DNA of 64,000 nucleotides from Ruditapes philippinarum (Eukaryota): NCBI RefSeq assembly GCF_026571515.1, contig NW_026857502.1, positions 1 to 64,000 of the forward strand, read 5' to 3'. Shown piece by piece: positions 12,220 to 24,500 of this stretch (position 1 is its first letter; each line of letters starts with the position of its first letter). The notes under the pieces were generated by a model. It saw only the letters and a program-made list of their open reading frames with translations, ran no database searches and was not told where the DNA came from. The position numbers and the translations under genes were made by a program.

Positions 12220-15200
12220 CTAAACATCATTTTCATAAGACACAATTTCTTTCCACAAAGGAAACTCGTGTATAGCAAATCCCCATTCCTGTAAAAACTT
12301 TTGATTAACTTTAAAATTAAGCTCAGTTAAATCTCGAAGTCTTAGTAAAATGTCAAATATTTTATAAACATAGCGGTTATAGTCTTTGTGAGATTTCATC
12401 AACTGATAATTTAGACAATCCAGAAATGTCTCTTGTAATATTTGAATCTTTTCTCTGTCTTTTAATTTGCAACGATCTGAAAATGAAAAATAAACTTCTA
12501 TAGCATTAGCATATAAATTTGGAAACAAAACTTGATATTATTATGACATTTTCTTTTATTTCTGTCGTACATAATGTTATTATATTAGTTTAATATTACT
12601 CTGCTGAAATCGAAGTTTATTAGCCTTTGTCACCAGTATAGAGCCTTGCCAGCTAGCCGGCTGACCAGTGGTGACAGAATAAATTTGACTTTTTTGTCTT
12701 GTTATCACTAAAAATTTAATAGACAGTTCCAAGCATTTAACGTGAGCAAGTCAATCAGAGAAATTCAACAGGTGAGATGTGGTATTGGTCATTTTTATGA
12801 TGTTAGCCTTAACCATATAGGGACAAAGCTCGAGTCCGCATCATTGAACTGCCAGTATATAAACGAGCGAAAAAAACATTTGAAAACTACGGTTATTTTC
12901 AGTTGAATGTATTCGAACTCCACAAGCTCAAAAGTCCAGCTTGTCTACATGGAGACTGCCGGAAGAATTAGCACTTAAAGAGTGCGTTAGGCTTTTCTTG
13001 TTACCGGTGCTTTCAGTGTTTTGATTTTTTTTCCAATGTTATAGAAAGCGGTAAAAGAGATATATTAAGAGTGGAAACGACCGCACTTCTATCTTATATG
13101 CTCGTATAATAATACCTGTATATGTAAGAATGATAACTCTGATTAACACAATCTCCTCTAAAGATAACTCTAACTTCTGTATCATGTCCGCTAACTTGAA
13201 AACTAATTTCACCCATTCAGGAGACCAAAACTTTTCTATCGTTTTCATCGTTGTGTTAAATGTCCCGTTCCAACTTATTGCTGTTCCCAGTTCGTTGTTA
13301 AATAGCATGTAGTTACCAAGCAACCAGAACTCGCAATGAGACGCTGAAAAGAGACGGTGTCTAAAATATGAAAATTGGAAAAAACTACACGCGTCTGTCT
13401 TTACAATAATTTATTCACTCAAATGTGTGGTGGATGAAAAGGCATGGCAACTATTGTTTTATACAAGAGGGCCAAGATGGCCCTAAATCGCTCACCTGAC
13501 CCAACGAACTCATCCGAACAATTACCTAGACAAGTATTCTGACCAAGTTTCATGACAGGTGTGTCAAAAATGTGACCACAAGAGTGTTAACAAGGATTTT
13601 CCATATTTGAGAAGTGTGACCTAGTTTTTGACCCCAGTTGACCCATTTTCAAACTTGACCTAGAAATCATCAAAGCAAACTTTCAGACTAATTAACAGGA
13701 TGCTTTGATCAAAACAGTAGCCACTAGAGTGTTAACAAGATTTTTCTATTTTTTAGCTCCTGTGACCCTAGTTTTTCATCCGAGACAACCCATGTTCGAA
13801 CTCAAACCGAGCAATTACCTAGACAAGCATCCTGACCAAAGTTTTGATGATACATTGAGTCAAAAATTGACCACAAGAGTGTTAACAAGGTTTTTCCATA
13901 TTGGGCGGTGTGACCTTTGTTTCATCCAAGATGACCCATGTTCGAAAAATTTGACCTAGAAATCATCAAAACAAACCTTCAGACCAATTTACAGGATAAT
14001 TTGGATCAAAACATAGCCCACTAGAGTGTTAAAAGATTTTTCTAATTTTAGCTCCTGTGACCTAATTTTCATCCGAGATGACCAATGTTCAACTCACCGA
14101 GCAATTACCTAGACAAGCATCCTGACCAAGTTTGATGATAATTGAGCCAAAAATGTGACCACTAGAGTGTTAATAAGGTTTTTTTCCATATTTGGGCGGT
14201 GTGACCTAGTTTTGACCCAGGTGACCCGTATTTAAAACATGACCTAGAAATCATCAAAAAACTTTTTCCAGATCCAATTTCCAGGATAGTTTGGATCACA
14301 AAAGTAGCCACAAGAGTGTTTACAAGATTTTTCTATTTTTTAGCTCCGGTGACCTAGTTTTCATCCCGAGATGATCCAATGTTTCACAAAATTTCATCTG
14401 AAGCAATTACCTAGACAAGCATCCTGAACCAAGTTTTGATGATAATTGAACAAAAAATGTTGACCGCTAGAGTGTTAACAAGGTTTTTCTATTTTTAGCG
14501 CTTTCTGTGACCTAGTTTCTCATTCCCAGATGACCCATTGGTTCAAACTACCAATCACAGCAATTTTACCTAGACAAGCATTCCTGACTAGTTTGAATGA
14601 TAACTGAGTAAAAAAAAATGTGACCACAAGAAGTAGTTAACAAGGTTTTTATTTTTTTTAGCTCCTGTGACCTCTAGTTTTTCTCATTCGGATAAATCCA
14701 ATGTTACAAAACTGCAATTCCGAGCAATCACCTAGACAAGCATCCTGACAAAGTTTAACGATTGAAGTAAAAAATGGTGACACCACTAGGAGTGCTAACA
14801 AGGATTCTTCTATTTTTAGATCCTGTGAAACCTAGTTTTTCATCCAAGATGACCCAATGTTCGGAACTCATCCGGAGAATTACCTAGACAAGCATCCTGA
14901 CAATCTTATGAATAATTGAGTCAAAAATGTGACCACCTAGAGTGTTAACGAACAAGTGTGGGGAACGGAAGAAGAGACGACGGACGACAAGACGACGGAC
15001 AGATTCAACGATCTCTAAAAGCTCACCCCTGTGTAGCTTCAGGTGAGCTAAAAAGCATATGTGAACATGTAAACTGAAAATGTGAAATGTGTGAATTTGT
15101 CACAACATGCTATTCCAAATTCAAAACCAAAATTTTACTGTCCTGAAGTATTAAACAGGGTTTCCTTGTTACCAGGTGCTTTCAGTGCTTTGAATTTTGT

Positions 15201-18200
15201 AGCTCCAATATAATAGAGAGCGGTAACAGGGACTGATATATTATAACTGGAACTGTAAATTTACAGAATGGCTTGATACTTGTGAACGATTGAACGGTTC
15301 AATGGAATGATAAAAAGTGTCAGAATGTGAGAGTTTCCTTGAAATAATGTACAAATGCTTTCAGATTCTATTACTGATATTTTTCCATATAGAAATTATT
15401 ATAAGGAATAAAATCAAACCAAACCAAATCAAATCAAACCAGAAATACACGTGCATGAAGTTAACAAAAGAATAAGTGCTGTAAACCAGGATGTCGTTTT
15501 TATCAACGGTGTCGTAGCTAACGACCAACTTTGTTGATAAAATTGCACCCAGATTGTTACTGAAAATGTGTGCCACCATGTCCTAGCAAAAGAATTTAAA
15601 GTTCGTAGATATTACATTTGCTATATACAAAATAAACTGTGCAAGTCAACAGCAGGGCGAAGGATATAAATGTACATGTATTGGAAAAAAAATCTGGAAA
15701 CAAAGTGATCCCTCCTTGGTCTAGCATTAATCACAACAAAATTACAAGAGAATTGCAGACTCCGTTTGATTGAGTCTGTACATGAGGGATAATAAATACG
15801 TGCAACATCCCTCACGCCCCCTAGCACCGGCTTGAGCAGTACTCAATTCTCAACACTTAATAGTGTCGGCATCAATGATCCTGAAGGACCAGAAAAATGT
15901 AACAAGATTAGAAATAAAACAATATTAAAGAGATGATACCTTTTAACAAGTTGGACACATCTTTTGGATTCAGACTTTTAAATCCAGGAATAATTTTAGT
16001 AAAGTTGACATATTGAGCTATTTCCTCTTCCATTGATTTGCCTTTAGCATTAAAATGGGCCATCCTATCATCTAAATCTATTCCAGTCTCGGCAAATATT
16101 TGTTGATAATCTTTCGTTGTGACGTCTTTAGCGGTCCCGAACATTTTACCAAAGAATTCTTCTTTATCTTTACTGTCTTCCTACGAAGTAAAGATCAAGA
16201 GTCAGTAATGTGATTAACTCCTTTAAAAATGCATTAACTCATTTGCAATAACTTATAATTAATACAAACCTTTGCGCCTAAAAATTTACCCCCCCCCCAT
16301 TTCTTCCATCCCCAACCCCATTCCCCCGACCAAATAAAAAAGGGTTGCCGCAAAATAATACTGTTTTATAAAGCTAGTGTAGCCTTATGTTAAGGTAATT
16401 TGTACTTTGTAATCGTACTTAATTTCATAATTGGTACCAGTCCCATTTTCCAGTGGTCAAAAGGGTATAACATCATTCATTGTTTTTTTCCTCATTAAAA
16501 TGTTGTAACAGCTAGTATATACGGCTTCATATTTTAGATTGTGATCACCCTGTTATCTTCTATACTCATTTTGATACATGCATGTAGAAAGATAATAATA
16601 TAGTATCATCTTACAGGTCAATAAACATCCACTTACAAATATCTGACGCTGTGCTTGCAATATTTTACTTTTCTCAAATTGCCGTGCCCAAAATTTGGGT
16701 AGAAGCGTCCCGGCATCCGAAGAGGGGGTCAAAACAATAATTCGAGCCCCTAATTAGGTACGAATTTTTAATCAGGAGAAAATTTGGGGGATAAATGTTT
16801 GTTGGGGTTGGGTTTTAAATGGGGTTTTTTGTCTGAAAAGAAAACATAGAAAAAACAAAAAGGGGAAAGCAAGAAAAAAGTAAAGAAAAACGTTAGAAAT
16901 TAAAAAAGTGAAAGTTTTTTTTAAATTAATTTTGACTGATCAGCCAGGAACAAGTGGGTCAGGGGGGGTCCCAAACCCCTATAAAAAAGTACAAAAGATT
17001 ACATGCCCTTTGAACCCCAAAGATCCCAAATACCCTGCCAAGGATATTAAAAACAAGTGTGTTGCATTTTTCATGAAAAAAAGAAACAGGTACTGAAGAG
17101 GACTATGTATAGATATTTTTAGTTTGGATGACCTTGGAAATAGAATAACGCTGATCAAATTGACTATCGCAAAATTGCTTGAGAAACATAAAAATACAAC
17201 AGAAGATGTTTTGTGGGGCACCTGTTGTCTTCCCCCGCCAGTAAAGCTGGAAAGTCGACACATGGCCTTTACAGTGATGGTGCGATGTACATGTAAATCC
17301 CCCAATCAAAAATTTTTGGTTCTTTGTGTTAAGAAAAAATATTCGTTTTAGATTATAAAAGGAGTTTCAAGTTATCAGCATGCTTTACAATATGATGTAA
17401 ACCTGTGTTCCGTAGAAGACTTTCTGTTGACGATGATAAGGCTGATTCTATTGACGACTTAGACGAATTACCTACGGCGGACATCTCACATGCTTCTTTA
17501 CTTGGTGTTATTGCTGGTGGATTTTTTCCCTCCAAAGCTTTAGCTTCGACAATTGCTCTCGTTCTTATTGCTATGGAATATCTTCCTTTACGTACACCTG
17601 ATAAATAAAAAGAAGTATTTGATCACTCTAAATGTGATATTCTAAATCAAATACAATCTGGCAGAGCTTTCTTTAACAAAGTTGATGTAGTTTCCAAACT
17701 TTCATGAACAAAAGCTGAGTTAGGTATACACCGTTGGTAAAAAAAATAAGGAAGTTTAACTTTCTTCTAGTTTGTGTCCAAATAATTGACATTTATTTTG
17801 ATTGTGTATATGTTAATGTAAATTACAGTTGACTAAATGACATATTCTTTTTAACTAGATTGGCTGAAAATTCATTGACAGAGAAATAACACAAATGCCT
17901 ACGTAAAGAATAGTGTGTTTTGTTGTTCCTTTTCTTTGGTTTCAAGACATATGGCATCGATATTGATCCGATAGCTTCCAGATTCTCTTGTGTAAACATA
18001 TCTAATGTGCTCTTCGGAACGGGAGCTTCCATTTACTAAGTAGAACCACAGATGTTCCAATAAATATCTAAATAACACTAGTGACAATTCAGCTTTTCTG
18101 CCATTAACGTCCAAAAGACATTGTTAGATTTTGAACCAAATGTTTCGAGACTCAAATTGCCATACAAGACAATATGAAAAACATGATTGAACAGAACCAA

Positions 18201-18919
18201 GTCACAATCACCTGAAAGGCACTCTTCTTGGCCCGGGGCAAATGTTACTGAGTAAATGCTTAACAATGTTAAAATAACTAACGCAATAAACCGCAAACTT
18301 TACAGACAAAAATATTAATTATGGAACACCATAAGCGTAATTTCCATACCAACCTCCTTTAGACATTCCGATATCGTAACATTTCTTGAGTCTGCAAGCT
18401 GAACAGTTACCCAGTCTCTTCATTACAATTTTACAGTCGTCATTCTTCATGCACTTATATTCATGTTTGTGTATTAATACCCGTCGGAAAAATGCCTGAA
18501 ATTAATACATATGTCAATTCAATTAATCAATCAATCAATCAATCAATCAAGCAATCAATCAATCAATCAATGTTCATTTCCTATAGCATAAACTTACACT
18601 TGTGGATGAAGTATGCCTAATAGTGCCCAATAGTTAAGGCTTTGAAAATCGAATTAATGTTATGACATAAAGAGCTAAAGATTCAGATTTGCAATAATCA
18701 AGGAAAAGCAGATACCTTACAAGCTTCGCAAGTGATCGCCCCGAAATGATATCCGGTCGAGTTTCCACCGCATACCTTGCAAGGCGGAAGTGGGACGGTG
18801 GCGTACGGTGTTGAATCTGTCTTTGGTCCTGTCTTTCTCCGCCGCTTCCGGGTTTTAGATTTGTCAACGTTTTGGTTCTCCTTGGTATAATCCTTGGTTA
18901 AATCCAAAACTTCAGTCAT
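12220..18919 (-). CDS. Nuclear hormone receptor, NR1-subfamily-like, paralog 2 (exon 4 corrupted in this sequence)
   Basis: Exons 18919-18716, 18495-18354, 17597-17403, about 16832-16637 (garbled, out of frame), 16180-15940, 13343-13116 and 12476-12220. Five exons match paralog 1 lengths exactly (204/142/241/228/257 nt). Confidence 0.88.
13463..15055 (+). mobile_element. Helentron-associated/pearl-like non-autonomous element with internal satellite array of about 147-160 bp units
   Basis: 5' ACAAGAGGGCCAAGATGGCCCT mini-palindrome plus GCTCACCTGA; about 10 tandem units (TGTGACCTAGTTTT, AGAGTGTTAACAAG); GACG microsatellite; 3' hairpin AGCTCACC..GGTGAGCT followed by an A-run. Confidence 0.82.
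15690..15905. repeat. Interspersed repeat shared in inverted orientation with 36400-36610 and 61965-62165
   Basis: gcaacatccctca(c)gccccctagcaccggcttgagc..caacacttaatagtgtcggcatcaatgatc matches the reverse complement of gatcattgattccagcacattaagtgttg..gctcaagctggtgttagggggctgagggatgttgc. Confidence 0.8.
18518..18571. repeat. (CAAT)n microsatellite near an exon acceptor
   Basis: About 11 CAAT units. Confidence 0.9.
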
Positions 18920-21522
18920 TTTCACCCTTTTTATAAATGAGTTTAAAATTTAAACTTTTTTCGTTTGAAAAAGCCCGGTAAAAATTTTCTACAGTAAAAC
19001 CGGGGCTTTAAAAGATTATTTTTGCATTTCAAATTTGTTTTTTTATTCATTATTCAATATTTCAGTTTTTTTTATTGGGGAAGAGATAAGAGCGTTCAAA
19101 AGTTTCCCCCTTTTTTTAAAACTATGTTTAGTGTTTCGTATATACATGCAAAAGTCACGGTAAAATTGAAAGTAATTTTCTATGTAAAATGTAAAATATT
19201 TTTTCATCGTTTTATATCAGTGACTGCTGTGTCGGTATTTTGGTTATATTTATTCATCAGGGCCTAAAATGTTTACGTGTCTATCGATTATTCCTTGCCA
19301 TCGAAATAAATAGACAAAGTTTAAATGCGTCGTCAAGAGTTATACGGTGGGTACATGTGCAGAGAGGCTTGTCACATCACGATTTTAACATCTTCCTTTT
19401 ATTGTATGATGACATCAAGTTCACACACGTTCAAAGTATAAATCTCCCCCCCCCCTTTTTTTTTTTGGGGGGGGGGGGTGGGGGAGGGGTGTTAACGTCG
19501 CACCAACACCAACACTGACGACTTTCAAGGAAGACCTCGGGTGTCTCTCCGTAATATATCCATTAAGGCAAAAACGGGCACCTGAGTTGAACAACCAATG
19601 TTCCGCAAGGGAGCTGGATAGCTCTTCACGTGAAAAAACAAAAGTCCCTGTAAGGATTTCCATGAGTCCACTACGTTTGTGAAAAGTTATTTAAAGTTAA
19701 TTACTCGGCCATTGACGCCCCAAAAGTATATTTCTTAAGGATTAAGCAAACAAGCTGCCGGGCCTGTTGAAGCTATACTTCATAATATAATCCGTGTCTG
19801 CAATTTTCATATAGTTTTATTTGTTGCTTCATAGAGATCTCCCCTCTTACAGATTTACATTCTTCTCAATAGCAGGTGTCCAACAGCAAAATGTTGCCCT
19901 GTACACCACTTCAGTTGTGTTTAATTGTTTGGTCCTTTAATCAACGATTCAGGTACATTTAGTGCTGAAAATTGAATAACTGTGCTGATTGGCGTGAGAG
20001 ATGTTGCTATCCCCTTTTACAGATTTTTTGATTTAATCGATTGTTTGTTTGTTTATTAATTTGGTTCTACGGCACACCAACACAGTTTTTGGGAAAAAAG
20101 GAAGGATATTTTTGCTAAACTTTTGTTTTTACAAAATTTTAAAAACAACACAAGAAAAACCCCCTTTCCGCCGGGGGCCAAGAAAATGCATAGACTCCAA
20201 ATAATTCGACTACAATTTCCAACTCAACCCTTAAAAGGCAAAACCCCTTGCCCAAGAGGCGATTAAAACTATCACAAGGGGAATCCCTGAAAAGAACATT
20301 TGGCGAAATAAGTCAAAACAAGTATTTGTTTTCCCAGTCCTTTCTAGAAAAATTAATTTTTTAAAATTTTCTTTATTAAATTTTTATTTTGTCTGTTATT
20401 AGTCCATAACATGGCTTCTCACATTTTATTGTCGTAGAGATATTTTATAGTTATGTCATAGGCGGCATGTCTTTGAAATTTTAGAAACGCTATCAACAGT
20501 TCGCTCCAATTTATAATAATGACGACAACATACTGAAAGCAAGACTGAATGTAGTCCGGTTCCCTACAACGTAGTATAAGGGGAAGGAACTCCAGACTAG
20601 ACTAAATAACACTTTTAACAGTCTAACGGTCGGAACAAATAGTGCCAATCATCTAGTAAAAGTAACAGTATCTTTTGCAGCGGAAAGATCTGACGAAAAT
20701 TAACCATTGCATTTGAAGAACAGTGCGGAATAACCAGAGCGTTAGCACTGAACCCAAAGAGTGCCACAGGGGTTTCGGACTGGGTTATATCCTATTCTTG
20801 GAGATCCCCCTCCCCCGAGTCAAATACATGTGCAATATCAAGATACTTCTATAATAACTGTATAATAGTTAAGAGAACAATTAAATGGAAGATATCGGGG
20901 ATTTGTTTTTGTTTTCTTTTTGGGTGAAATTACGTAGTAAAATTGTTACTTTATTAAGCAAAATATCTTATTTATCTATTAGAGGTAAAGCGTCAATTCT
21001 CGTCGTGGTTAAAAGAAATGGCGGCATTTCAAATCATATTGTTGGAGTAAGACCGTTTTCTTTTCAAGCTTCCTACAATGTATCTTAACAAATATCAGAG
21101 ATTTCCATTTTATTTGACATTAAAACATAATATACTTTTACATATTCTTATGCGTTAAACAAGTACCACTTGAGCATGAACTTTAATTATGCGTAGTAAA
21201 ATGTACATGTAAAAATAAAAGATAAATTTTAAACAAGATACACAAGCTTGTGTATTTGATTTTTTTCAGTATTGCAAAAAAAGCTGACAAGTTACTTCAG
21301 GAACCATTTTATAAATATTTAATATAATAATATATATCATAATATAGAAAAATATTTCAATATGATTTCCAATAATATCACTCTTAACAACATTTGGCAA
21401 AAATAAATGGCAAAAGCAGTTTATTTATTACATCTCTAAAAGTCGGTAACTTCAAAGTAACTGTAAGCAACAATTTTTTTCTTAAACAAAACTTTAAAAA
21501 TCATCTCTTTAATACATGTGTT

Positions 21523-24500
21523 CTAAACATCATTTTCGTAAGACAGCATTTCTTTCCACAAAGGAAACTCGTGTATAGCAAATCCCCATTCCTGTAAAAA
21601 CTTTTGATTAACTTTAAAATTTAGCTCAGTTAAATCTCGAAGTCTTAGTAAAATGTCAAATATTTTATAAACATAGCGATTGTAGTCTTTGTGAGATTTC
21701 ATCAACTGATAATTTAAACAATCCAGAAATTTCTCTTGTAATATTTGAATCTTTTCTCTGTCTTTTAATTTGCAACGATCTGAAAATAAAGAAAAATACA
21801 GAAATAAAATGCGTCAAAAACAATAATTCTTCGGTGCCCAAAATAGGAACTATAATGAGTGAAAAATAACATTACATTTTGACCAATTTAATCGATACGG
21901 GCCATTTCGGGCCAATTATCGCATTTCAAAATGAACTTACAAAGAAGAATACAGCCGAAATTGCTGGGCTATTACCACCCGCGCTTAATTAAATGAGGTA
22001 GTCTTTCGAGGTTATTTGTGAACATATATGAAGCAAATCTTTATTTTATAACAAAATGTTTTAAATTTGGAAAATATCACTCACGAAAAATGTAAAGATA
22101 TGTCATTCCTCTTAATTCATACCGATCAAACCAAAATTAACTTTATGCAAGAAGTGTGAAATACAATACTGATAAAGATAATGAATGAATGAATGAATGA
22201 ATGAATGAATGAATGAATGAACGATCGAACGGACGAACGAATGCATGAATGAATGAATTAATACTCTCTAACAACAATAATTATAACAATATTTGTGTAT
22301 GTAAGAAAGGTAACTCTGATGAACACATTCCCCCTTTCCATATTTCTTTTTCCAGAACTTTCAGTGCTTTGATAAATGTAACTTCAATTTTATAGAAAAC
22401 TGGTATATTAAGAGTGGAACAGTAATTGGCAGTGTGTATAACATTACGGTACCTGTATATGTAAGAAGGATAACTCTGATTAACACGATCTCCTCTAAGG
22501 ATAACTCTAACTGCTGTATCATGTCAGCTATTTTGAATACCGATTGAACCCATTCTGGCGACAAAAACTTTTCCATTACTTTCCTCGTTGATTTATATGT
22601 CCCCTGCATACTTATGGCCGTTCCTAGATCTTTATTGAACAGTGAATAGTTGCCAAACAACCAGAACTCGCAGTGACATGCTAGAAGAAATATTAAAATA
22701 TTCAGTGATAAAGCTATGTTTACTAAACTTTGATTTTTGATAAAGTAAACATGATGGAGGAAGGATTAAAAAAAATACTAGTGAGAGCTGATCTTTCACA
22801 CCGTTACCATACTCTGGACGTTGTAAATTCCATATATGTATTACTTCGTATTGACACATCTACGGCCAAAATTGCATCATTTATTTTAAATGTTGAAAAC
22901 AGTTTTCTGCTTTAACCGGAGCTAGTGGGCATATATGGTAGCTTAAATAACCACTACCATCATGAACAGGCTCAATCAAACCGAGCCTGTAACATTACCA
23001 ATTTTGAAGTTTTGGGCGTTCTTTATGGATTCTGTTATTCTCTATTTTATTGCCACATCAGCGTTGTTTATGCCGTGTGGAGGCCACACAAGTCACCCCT
23101 TATTGAAATGACAAAAATATTTCGGGTGACTTTATTTAACCAATATACAAGAAAATGAGTCGAAGAACAGTAGTGCCAAAATGTTCTTAAACTGACTGAA
23201 GTATACCTTTTAATAAGTTGGACACATCTTTTGGATGCAAGCTTTTAAATCCAGGTATTATTTTTGTAAAGTTGACATATTGCGATATCTCGTCTTCCAT
23301 TGATTTGCCTTTAGCATTAAAATGGGACAGTCTGTCGTCTAAATCTATACCAGTCTCGGCAAATATTTGCTGATATTCCTCCCTCGTGACGTCATTAGCG
23401 ATCCCGAACAGCTTGCCGAACACTTCCTCTTTACTTTTATTGGCTTCCTATTAAAGACAGGACAGTTAATAGATTAATAAGTCTCTGTTAGTATTATTTA
23501 AATTATACTGTGTACAATACACCGATATTTAACAATTACATTTTCCTCAAAATCTTCTAAGCACTCTTTTAGAGTAAATTTTATATCATTAATGTACAGT
23601 GGAAGTGTTTTATATTGTCTACATCAGATGTCTAAATTAATTAACAAAGTAAGCGTACGGATCCCGAATTGCTAGTTATTATATGACTTGTTCAACTGGA
23701 CAGTCTTAAAGTTCAAATAGACTCCCAGAAATGTTTTTAGGTTTTTTTTCTCAAAAGCTTTTTATTCCTAGTGTCCTGTTTATAGTTTCAAAAAGTATTT
23801 ATTGGCCCATTTACCTTAACCATCTGATGCTTTTGTTGCATTTTGGCAATTATTACAGTGATTTAGTAATTTGTATGGAAGTTAAAATACTACTTTGTTA
23901 ACTTATTCTGCTGTTCTGACAATTTTTTTCACATTCGGTGCAAGTAGCATGTAACATGCTCAAAACCATTTGTTAAACAATAATTAAACCCCTGTTTGCC
24001 CTTTCTAAGGAAGATAATATGCCTTTAACTCGGGCGGGTTAGCGGCTTCCATAATAAGAGTTACTTAATTTGGCTATTATATATATATACATGTATATCA
24101 ATCTTGAAACAATTGTTCTGGCTTTTTTTACAATACTTCATATAGTAGATCTATAGCTATATTATATCATGCCAAGGACCTCTAGACAATCAAGGGTGTT
24201 ATACTTTCTCATTACCATTTAACCATTAAGTTAATGAATTTCTTCAAATTGATTCAACAACGTCCCATTTTACATGAATCGTAAACATTCATACATTTCT
24301 TAAATTCTTAATATATCTTTCCAAAGTTTGTCAATTTTTCATTTTGTTACCACATCTAGTGGTGTGAAGCTTTAAGACCAAGTTTTGAAAGAAAATATTG
24401 AAATTTGATTTTTTAGGATTGTTAAATCACTTACAAATATCTGGCGCTGTGCTTGCAAGATGTTACCTCTCTCAAATTGTTGTGCAAGGTTGGGGTAGAC

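Noticed and set aside
16908-17351. Cluster of short ORFs in intron 3 of NR paralog 2
   Set aside because: They fall in a low-quality homopolymer-rich tract and have no recognisable domains.
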